Below are positions 26,986-33,865 of a stretch of DNA of 33,865 nucleotides, one piece after another. The stretch is from Elusimicrobiota bacterium. Its GTDB lineage: Bacteria > Elusimicrobiota > Elusimicrobia > F11. Made by a program: the position numbers and the translations under genes. The notes beneath the pieces were generated by a model, which was given only the letters and a program-made list of their open reading frames with translations, was not told the DNA's origin and did no database searches. Each line of letters begins with the position of its first letter. The first letter of the stretch is position 1. The stretch lies in the NCBI GenBank assembly GCA_046153645.1, contig JBJXGI010000032.1, positions 1 through 33,865 on the forward strand, in the 5' to 3' direction.

Positions 26986-27031
26986 GAAAAGTTCTCCAAA
27001 TCAAGTGGGAACTCTTTATTATTTAAGTCGC

Positions 27032-27823
27032 TCAGGATGACAAGAGCTTTATTGCGACGGCCCCCGCAAGAATATACCTGTACACGACAAAAGGTAAAAA
27101 CGATTTGTTCTGTACCATTTTGACTAAAGTGTGAATGGCCAGATAACCCGAGAGGGCCGAAACAACAATTCCCATTGGAATGGCAGGGTCTGAAAACGAG
27201 TGTGCCAATATACCTACTTTTAATAACCCTGCACCAATTGTAATAGGGATCGATAAAAGGAAAGAAAACTTAACGGCGCTGGATCGGTTAAGTCCTATAA
27301 AAAGGGCGGTGGTTATGGTGATTCCTGATCTCGAGATTCCGGGAATGATAGCGCACCCTTGCATGACGCCAATCAGAAGGACTTGATTCCAAGTTAATTG
27401 AGAAAGGTCCCATTTTTTTGATCCTTTGCGGTCAGATAAGAACAATAAGGTGCCCAATACGGCCAAGTCAAAGGCGATCAGAGCAGGCGACCTGAAAATA
27501 GTTTCGGCTTGTTTCTCAAAAAGAAAACCCAAAACGGCGCCTGGAATGGTCGCTACCACAATTTTGAGAGGAAGTATATTTTGTGAATATCGTCCTCCTT
27601 GAAAAAAGCCTAGAAAGTTGAAAATGAGGCCATAAATATCTTTCCGGTAATAAATGAGCGCGGCAGTAATAGTTCCCCAATGAAGAGCCACATCAAAGGA
27701 TAATCCTGGATCTTTCCACCCGGTAAACCAGGGCAATAAAATGAGATGCGCGGAGCTAGAGATGGGGAGAAACTCTGTGAGACCTTGAATAATTCCATAA
27801 ATAATTGATTGGTAAATGGGCAT
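27032..27823 (-). CDS. uppP: Undecaprenyl-diphosphatase (BacA)
   Basis: GIIQGLTEFLPISSSAHL, FDVALHWGT, ATIP, A.IPGISRSG.TI, FSFLLSIP, F..YR. Confidence 0.97.
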   Translation of the reverse strand: MPIYQSIIYGIIQGLTEFLPISSSAHLILLPWFTGWKDPGLSFDVALHWGTITAALIYYRKDIYGLIFNFLGFFQGGRYSQNILPLKIVVATIPGAVLGFLFEKQAETIFRSPALIAFDLAVLGTLLFLSDRKGSKKWDLSQLTWNQVLLIGVMQGCAIIPGISRSGITITTALFIGLNRSSAVKFSFLLSIPITIGAGLLKVGILAHSFSDPAIPMGIVVSALSGYLAIHTLVKMVQNKSFLPFVVYRYILAGAVAIKLLSS

Positions 27824-27829
27824 GACGAA

Positions 27830-27838
27830 ATCTTATCA
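27830..27838 (-). promoter_or_regulatory. Putative extended -10 promoter producing leaderless uppP mRNA
   Basis: The minus strand reads TG-A-TAAGAT-TTCGTC-ATG, with the hexamer exactly 6 nt before the start codon and no SD. Confidence 0.55.
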
Positions 27839-27868
27839 AATGATGTTTTTAAAAGCGCGGGTTGAGTT

Positions 27869-27897
27869 TTGGTAATAGTGCTGTTAAGCTCTAAAAT
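27869..27897 (+). promoter_or_regulatory. Putative sigma70 promoter for the moxR operon
   Basis: TTGGTA (27869-27874), 17 nt, then TAAAAT (27892-27897), 5 nt before ATG 27903. An alternative is TTGAGT-17-TAAGCT at 27862-27890. Confidence 0.45.
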
Positions 27898-27902
27898 ACA
27901 AT

Positions 27903-28835
27903 ATGAATTTGTCAACTCAACTCTTAGAGAATGTCGAAAAATCTTTGTTTGGTAAAACCGAGGTCGCAAAACGAGCGGTGTGTTGTTTATTGGCTGAAGG
28001 TCATTTGTTGATCGATGATATTCCGGGAGTTGGAAAAACAACATTGGCTACCGCGCTTTCTCAAGCGCTCGGTGGAAGTTTTAGGCGAATTCAATTTACC
28101 AGCGATTTATTGCCGACGGATATTTTGGGCGTTTCCATTTTTGATCAGAAAAATTCTAGTTTCGATTTTAAGCCCGGGCCCATCTTCAGCAATATTATTT
28201 TAGCCGATGAAATAAATAGAGCTTCTCCCAAAACTCAAAGTGCTCTCTTAGAATGCATGCAGGAGGGTCAAGTTTCTATTGATAATAAAACACACCTTTT
28301 GCCTAAACCATTTTTTGTTATCGCCACTCAAAACCCGCAAGAGCATTTTGGAACTTTTCCTTTGCCCGAATCTCAGCTAGATCGTTTTTTAATGAGAATT
28401 GAGATTGGATATCCTGATCAGAAAACTGAAATTTCGCTCTTAAAAAAACAATCTGAAATAAAATTGCATGAGAAGTTAAATGCGGTCACTTCTCCAGAGA
28501 AAATAACAGAGGTTTTTCAGGAAGTTAAAAAAATTCACGTAGACTCATCATTGGATGAATATATTGTCCAGCTTGTTTCAAAAACAAGAGAGTCTGGGTT
28601 TATTAAATTGGGTGTTAGTCCCAGAGGAGCGTTGGCTTTAAGAAAGGCGGCGCAAGCCTATGCATTTATGGAGGGACGAGATTTCTTAATTCCCGATGAT
28701 ATTCAGAAAATAGCTGCCTCTGTCATGGCGCACCGCCTGGTGTTGAATAATCACATCAGTTTAAATGGGAATTCTTTTAAATCTGCCCAAGCGCTCATAG
28801 AAGAAATTATTCATCAAACGCCCGTTCCTGTTTAA
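27903..28835 (+). CDS. MoxR family AAA+ ATPase
   Basis: GHLLIDDIPGVGKT (Walker A), RIQFTSDLLP.D, GPIF.NIILADEINRASPKTQSALLE, ATQNP.E..GTFPLPESQLDRF, GVSPR. Confidence 0.97.
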   Translation: MNLSTQLLENVEKSLFGKTEVAKRAVCCLLAEGHLLIDDIPGVGKTTLATALSQALGGSFRRIQFTSDLLPTDILGVSIFDQKNSSFDFKPGPIFSNIILADEINRASPKTQSALLECMQEGQVSIDNKTHLLPKPFFVIATQNPQEHFGTFPLPESQLDRFLMRIEIGYPDQKTEISLLKKQSEIKLHEKLNAVTSPEKITEVFQEVKKIHVDSSLDEYIVQLVSKTRESGFIKLGVSPRGALALRKAAQAYAFMEGRDFLIPDDIQKIAASVMAHRLVLNNHISLNGNSFKSAQALIEEIIHQTPVPV

Positions 28836-28851
28836 TAATGTGAGTTTATGA

Positions 28852-29919
28852 ATGTTTGCTCAATTTAATACATTCATAGGTAAACTCTTTAAAACCAAGC
28901 GTCCTTTTCAGCTCACCCGTTCAGGTTGGGTATTTATTCTTTACACCATCGGTGTTGGCGCGGGAGCCATTAATACCGGCAATAATTTACTCTATATTAT
29001 TTTTGGAATTTTTTTAGGACTTTTGCTCGCCTCAGGGCTTTTATCTGATTTAAGTTTGTGGGGAATTGAAATTAATTGGGAATTCCCCGAAGTGATTCAA
29101 GCTCAGGAAAGTGCGCTTATTCCTGTCCGGGTTATAAACAGAAAAAAAAGAATCCCATCATTATCAATCATTGTTGAATTTCGTGGAAACTTGAGAGGAA
29201 AGAATATTTCTTTCCGGTCTTATATTTCCTTTATTCCTCAGGGTCAAACAATTTCTACTTTCGTTCCTGTTTTAGTGAATGAACGGGGGGAATTTAAACT
29301 TGAATCAGTACGAATTTATACGCGGTTTCCATTTGGTCTTTTACTGAAGTGGTGGACAATCTCAAGAAGAGAAGATCTTATATATGTAACGCCTCCTATA
29401 ACTGAAGAATTTTCCGCATTAGACTTATTCTTATTTCAAATCGGAAACGAAAGAGATTCAGATAGAAGTGGTGATAGCGGGTGTTCGGTGGTTTCATTGC
29501 GGTCATTCCATAATGGAGAGTCTGTTCGAAAAATTCATTGGAAAGCTTCTTCTAAGCGCGGTCAATTGATGGCGAAAGAATTTAATTTAGACGAAGAAAG
29601 AAAAATGATTTTGACTATTCCTTCAACTCAATTTCCAGTAGATAAAAAAAATGACCCAGAAAAATTCGTGGAATTTGTTTTTAATTTAATTCTTTCATGT
29701 CAAAAGAAAAAGTTTTCAATATATTTAAGTTTGGCTGAAACTGGTCTCACTGTTAAAGAGAATTTGGTTTTCAAGTTCTTGTCTATATACGATCCTTTAA
29801 ATTTTAATAAGAAAGAGGTCGAACTGTTCTTGGAACAAAAAAATTTGCCTTCTGATGTAACATCCGAGATTAATCTGTACCAGCTATTCCAAGAATTTCT
29901 GGATAAAAAGCATGAATAA
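28852..29919 (+). CDS. DUF58 domain membrane-anchored protein
   Basis: N-terminal TM hairpin with A.NTGNNLLY, RG, TRFPFGL, LR.F..GE..R.IHWKAS.K.GQLM.KEF, lying between moxR and a transglutaminase gene. Confidence 0.88.
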   Translation: MFAQFNTFIGKLFKTKRPFQLTRSGWVFILYTIGVGAGAINTGNNLLYIIFGIFLGLLLASGLLSDLSLWGIEINWEFPEVIQAQESALIPVRVINRKKRIPSLSIIVEFRGNLRGKNISFRSYISFIPQGQTISTFVPVLVNERGEFKLESVRIYTRFPFGLLLKWWTISRREDLIYVTPPITEEFSALDLFLFQIGNERDSDRSGDSGCSVVSLRSFHNGESVRKIHWKASSKRGQLMAKEFNLDEERKMILTIPSTQFPVDKKNDPEKFVEFVFNLILSCQKKKFSIYLSLAETGLTVKENLVFKFLSIYDPLNFNKKEVELFLEQKNLPSDVTSEINLYQLFQEFLDKKHE

Positions 29920-32050
29920 ATCACTCTTGGTTTTTTCTATCCGAATATTGGCGATGCTTGCTTTTATGGCTTTACTTTTTTCTGGTGAGTGCGACGCTAT
30001 TTTTCTTGGGGTTTTTGTCACATTTTTCCTCATGGGACTTAAAATTGAAAAATTATCTTATTTGAGTTTCTTGTTTGGAAAGGTACAACCTGTTTTGGCG
30101 TTATTTCTTTTAGGTATAGCCATCATTGACCTCTTTTATCTTTCGGGTTCCTTTCTCATTTCTATTGCTCATTTTTTAATAGGGCTACAGGCCATTCGAC
30201 TTTTGGCATTAAAAACCAATCGTGAAAATTTGGGAAGTTTGCTTATTTCGTCTTTAATGATGTTGTCTGCCGCCACTTTATCTGTTGATTGGACATTCGT
30301 TTTTGTTCTTGTGATGTTTTTACCAATGCTTATTTGGTGTTTAATGCTGCATCATATTTATTTTGAAAAATCTGAAATCCATCAAGAAAAAGTATTTTCA
30401 GAGAAGCCATTTGAATTTGGTTCTCAACAAAAAAGAGTGTTACAGAAGGCTGCAGTGGTCGCTTTGATGATGGCCGTTTTATGCTGTGTTTTTGTGTTTT
30501 TGGTTTTTCCCCGGTTTAATTTACAGGGATTTAAAGGTCAATTTTTGCAACCTGTTCACAAAACAGGGTTTACGAACACTGTTGAATTGGGAAAAGAAAG
30601 ACGAATTTTTACAGACGATTCTGTTTTTATAAGAGTTGAGATGGATCCCCATGACCGCCCGTTTTGGACAGGATACTTGAGAGGAACGACTTTAGATACT
30701 TTTAATGGGGTCACTTGGACACGCAGTATTCAAGATGAACGGGTTGTTAATTCGGGTTTTGGGAATATTCGTCTGCCTTATGCGCAAAGACAAAAATGCA
30801 AAGTAGTTCATCAAAGTATTTATATGGAATCATCAGATTCTTCTGTTTTGTTTGGTTTAAATCGTCCGGTATTATTTCAGATCGATCGACCTTTTTTAGA
30901 AGTTGGAATTGATGGCGCGGTAAAACGTTCCGCACAAGATACTTGGCGTGTTCATTATGAATTAGATTCGTTCATTCTGGAAAATGGCAGCAATCAAATA
31001 ACGCCTTTGTACTCTAGAAAAAAAGAAAATCTGGATATTTATAGGGAAATGTTACCTAAAATTGAATCTACACTCAGTACCAGTGATGCTTGGCGTATCT
31101 CTGAATTTTCAAAAGAAATTGTGGGGGAATCAAAAAATAAAAAAGAAACAGCGGAAAAATTGACGCATTTTCTTCAAAAAGAATATAAATATTCGCTTAC
31201 CCTTCCTCCTCAAAAAAAACATCATAGCGCCTTGATCAATTTTTTATTTGAAAACAAAGTAGGTCATTGTGAGTATTTTGCTAGTTCTCTTTGTTTGATG
31301 TTAAGATCTCAAAGAATACCCGCTCGTATTGTTACAGGTTTTTTAAGTCATGAATGGAATGAAGATGGTGGATATTATGTCGTGCGTATGCAAGACGCGC
31401 ATGCCTGGGTTGAAGCTTATTTAGATAATGGATGGGAAATGTTTGATCCTTCTCCGAGGGATCAGCGTGTCAACTTAGGCGGATCTATATTTATTCAAAA
31501 GTTTAAAAATGTTTTGGATAGTATAAATTTGGCATGGAATCGCTACGTGCTGAGTTATGATCTACAAAAACAAATTTCAATCGTCAAAGTGTTTTCAGAA
31601 AAGGGGAATAAGATTTCTGATCAAATGGGAAAATGGATGGGAAAATTATCATTTAAGATCCCGCAACTTTCTCTACAACAGAAGAAAATTGAGCTTCATT
31701 CATTGTTGAATATGCCCCCGCTTTTTATATTGATGGTTTTGTCGGTTTTTTCAATTTTATGCATGTTTATTTCAAGAAAACGACGTTATAAAAAATTTCC
31801 TCGAACTCCTTGGTTCTATTATGGGCTAATAAATATTCTTGAGAAAAAGAAATTACAATTTAGTTCAGGAACAACTTTAGAACAAAAGATCGAGCTCGTT
31901 TCGCGGCCTCATTCTAAGGCCCATAACGTTTTAAGTCTTTTAAAAGAAGAATATTACGCGGTTCGTTTTGGGGGGCAACTGAAAAGAAAATTATCAGATG
32001 CTGCGATTAAGGAAAATTTAAAAAAATTAAAAAATTTAGTTTCTTCCTAA
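29912..32050 (+). CDS. TgpA-like membrane transglutaminase-family protein (DUF3488 + transglutaminase-like domain)
   Basis: N-terminal TM bundle ending F..FPR, YLRG..LD.F.G..W, catalytic triad GHCEYFAS / AHAWVE / FDPSP, and a C-terminal TM plus YY..RFG. Confidence 0.92.
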   Translation: MNKSLLVFSIRILAMLAFMALLFSGECDAIFLGVFVTFFLMGLKIEKLSYLSFLFGKVQPVLALFLLGIAIIDLFYLSGSFLISIAHFLIGLQAIRLLALKTNRENLGSLLISSLMMLSAATLSVDWTFVFVLVMFLPMLIWCLMLHHIYFEKSEIHQEKVFSEKPFEFGSQQKRVLQKAAVVALMMAVLCCVFVFLVFPRFNLQGFKGQFLQPVHKTGFTNTVELGKERRIFTDDSVFIRVEMDPHDRPFWTGYLRGTTLDTFNGVTWTRSIQDERVVNSGFGNIRLPYAQRQKCKVVHQSIYMESSDSSVLFGLNRPVLFQIDRPFLEVGIDGAVKRSAQDTWRVHYELDSFILENGSNQITPLYSRKKENLDIYREMLPKIESTLSTSDAWRISEFSKEIVGESKNKKETAEKLTHFLQKEYKYSLTLPPQKKHHSALINFLFENKVGHCEYFASSLCLMLRSQRIPARIVTGFLSHEWNEDGGYYVVRMQDAHAWVEAYLDNGWEMFDPSPRDQRVNLGGSIFIQKFKNVLDSINLAWNRYVLSYDLQKQISIVKVFSEKGNKISDQMGKWMGKLSFKIPQLSLQQKKIELHSLLNMPPLFILMVLSVFSILCMFISRKRRYKKFPRTPWFYYGLINILEKKKLQFSSGTTLEQKIELVSRPHSKAHNVLSLLKEEYYAVRFGGQLKRKLSDAAIKENLKKLKNLVSS

Positions 32051-32989
32051 ATAATTTACGCTGTTATCTGTTACTTCAAATCGATACGAAAAGAAATTTC
32101 CACGGTTTAATAAAATGGAAGTAAATCTTAAGTCGCTTGCTTTCCAGATTCTTGTCAGTCCATCTTTCGAAGATTTTTCTTGATCTAACTCCCAGGCAGG
32201 CGCTTTGAAGAAACGATTCAGTTTTTGACCCTCAGCACTTTTTAATATTCGCTCTATATCTGAATTTTTAAATTCGGTTTTGGTTTTAAAAGCTGGGGTC
32301 ACTTTGTTATTTAAAACTTCAATCAGTGAAGATTTATATTCTTGATCTGTGCGACTGACTCCCCTAAAGCGGTGCGGCCCAAATGGCTCAGGGAAAATAT
32401 ATTGAAAGTCTGTTTTTTGCCCTTGATTCGTCAACCATTTCGAAAACATTTGTTTCGACATGGCGTGAAAAAGACCACAAATCATCACGTAGGCCATCAC
32501 TGAGCGGATGGAAACAGTTGAAAGAAATTCAAGACTTGTCCACTTTGTTTTAATTTTCGAAAGAATAAAAGGAAAAATAAGGATCGAAAGTAAAATGAGG
32601 TCTATGATAAATATCCACGCAAGTTCATAACGTTCTTTACTAAAAGGATAAAAAGGGACGACTCCATATGAATTGACAAAGTCAAAGAACAAGTGAATCG
32701 CCATTCCTCCTAAAACAAGCCCAAGAATGACTGAGAATTTTTGTTCTTTAAATATTTTTTTAAAAATGAGTGCAGCTAAAAAGGCGATAATGGGCATTCC
32801 AAAAACTGAATGGGTTAACATTCTTCGATAAAAGTGGCTTTCTCCTGAAATAAAAAGACCTCCTAGAATATCGAGATCAGGTAAGTTAGAAGCGATGGCT
32901 AAAATCCAAGTGGTTCCTTTCCCGAATTTTGTTTTTAACCCTGCGTTGGAAAGTGTGACTCCGATTAATGTATGAGTAATATTGTCCAT
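32036..32989 (-). CDS. Membrane-bound metal-dependent hydrolase (YdjM/YbcI-like)
   Basis: MDNITHTLIG, ASNLPDLD, R.LTHS, HLFFD..NSYG, PFS, IFIID. Confidence 0.9.
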   Translation of the reverse strand: MDNITHTLIGVTLSNAGLKTKFGKGTTWILAIASNLPDLDILGGLFISGESHFYRRMLTHSVFGMPIIAFLAALIFKKIFKEQKFSVILGLVLGGMAIHLFFDFVNSYGVVPFYPFSKERYELAWIFIIDLILLSILIFPFILSKIKTKWTSLEFLSTVSIRSVMAYVMICGLFHAMSKQMFSKWLTNQGQKTDFQYIFPEPFGPHRFRGVSRTDQEYKSSLIEVLNNKVTPAFKTKTEFKNSDIERILKSAEGQKLNRFFKAPAWELDQEKSSKDGLTRIWKASDLRFTSILLNRGNFFSYRFEVTDNSVNYLGRN

Positions 32990-32994
32990 TTTCT

Positions 32995-33865
32995 TTATGG
33001 CCTCGCAAATAAAACAAGAACAGCACCCGTGAGCATAACAAATGCCGCAAACATTTTAGATATTACATCTGATTCTTTAAAAAAGAACCATCCATAAAAA
33101 ACGGCGATAAGTAAACTCAGTCTTTTTATTGAAATGGAATAAGCCAATTCAACATATAAAAAAGCGTTAAATTGAAGAATAAAAGTGAGTGCTTCTAGTA
33201 ACCCAAGGCCAGCAAATAGCCACCACGTCGTTTTAAACGATTCTTGTTTTGTTGGTTTTTTTGAAATTAAAGTGAGTGGTAATAAGGCCAGTAAAATGAC
33301 CCCATTGTATACCGCGCTAAAATAATAAGGATTTGAAACCAAGGTCGCTTTTTTAGCAAGAGCTGAGGTGATTGAATAAATAAACGCAACCAGCAGCATC
33401 AAATAAGCGCCTTTGGTTCGAGGGAGTAGAATTTTCCATTTCTGTTCTCCTGGTTTTAGATGCCCACCTTGGAGAAAAGCCGCGCCCAGTGTGACGAGGC
33501 AAGTTCCTACAATACCGATAGTCGATGGTGTTTCTCCTAAAAAGATCCATCCGGTTGCGATTAAAAAAACTGGAGTAAAGGCCAAATAAGGAATACTGGT
33601 TGATAAAGGGGACAATTTAAGCGCGGTTTGATAAGACAAAATTGCAATAATTTCTAAGGGAAGGGCCGTTAAAACAGCTTGCCAAAAAACTCTCTGGTCA
33701 CTGGGGCCTGAAACAAAAAATAAAAAAGGAAATAAAAACAAAGCAGCCCCACCCCAACGAGCCATTGAAACAATTTGAACTGAGTTTTTTTTCAGCAGTT
33801 GTTTCGAAAGCGCGTCAGCAGTTCCAGTGGAGAAAGCCGTTCCAAGCGCAAGGGGGATCCAGATC
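32995..33865 (-). CDS. EamA/DMT family transporter (start codon at or just beyond the window edge)
   Basis: Hydrophobic duplicated EamA domain (ALK.SPLS...P.LAFTPVF, LGETPS..G..G, SIKR.S). The frame stays open upstream of 33765 to the window end (IWIPLALGTAFSTGTADALSKQLLKKNSVQIVSM...). Confidence 0.9.
   Translation of the reverse strand, partial: IWIPLALGTAFSTGTADALSKQLLKKNSVQIVSMARWGGAALFLFPFLFFVSGPSDQRVFWQAVLTALPLEIIAILSYQTALKLSPLSTSIPYLAFTPVFLIATGWIFLGETPSTIGIVGTCLVTLGAAFLQGGHLKPGEQKWKILLPRTKGAYLMLLVAFIYSITSALAKKATLVSNPYYFSAVYNGVILLALLPLTLISKKPTKQESFKTTWWLFAGLGLLEALTFILQFNAFLYVELAYSISIKRLSLLIAVFYGWFFFKESDVISKMFAAFVMLTGAVLVLFARP

Noticed and set aside
27610..28044. 144-aa minus-strand ORF spanning the uppP/moxR divergent region
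   Set aside because: It overlaps two well-supported genes and their promoter region and has no recognisable motifs.
1..33865. CRISPR array, transposase, integrase, prophage, rRNA or defence island
   Set aside because: I saw no regularly spaced direct repeats and no matching proteins. Intergenic gaps are all under about 120 bp, leaving no room.

Overview
A gene-dense, AT-rich bacterial core-genome window from a diderm organism (outer-membrane beta-barrel, O-antigen-ligase-like and secreted TPR proteins). The gene content loosely suggests Elusimicrobiota or a similar poorly characterised phylum; this is unverified inference. The + strand carries one long, mostly overlapping housekeeping run: tsaB (partial), rimI, a TPR/LolB-like fusion, ispE, an antisense FkbM methyltransferase, tRNA-Gln(UUG), glmU, prs, rplY, pth, dnaE, a response regulator, a YjbH-like OMP, accA, fbaB, pfkA, a BrnT/antitoxin pair, a thioesterase, an O-antigen ligase-TPR protein, an RlmD-like methyltransferase, pcrA, gatC, gatA and a double zinc-ribbon membrane protein. 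Then come uppP and a secreted TPR protein on the - strand, diverging from a MoxR-DUF58-transglutaminase operon, and finally a YdjM-like hydrolase and an EamA transporter on the - strand. I saw no CRISPR array, transposase, integrase, prophage or rRNA, and no clear-cut novel multi-gene system. The best leads are: a palindromic element sitting in frame inside the RNA methyltransferase gene, with a related REP-like hairpin between fbaB and pfkA; an uncharacterised, internally repeated zinc-ribbon/glycine-zipper membrane protein where gatB usually lies; a TPR-LolB-like fusion; a leaderless divergent promoter; and two leaders that could sequester Shine-Dalgarno (SD) sites.
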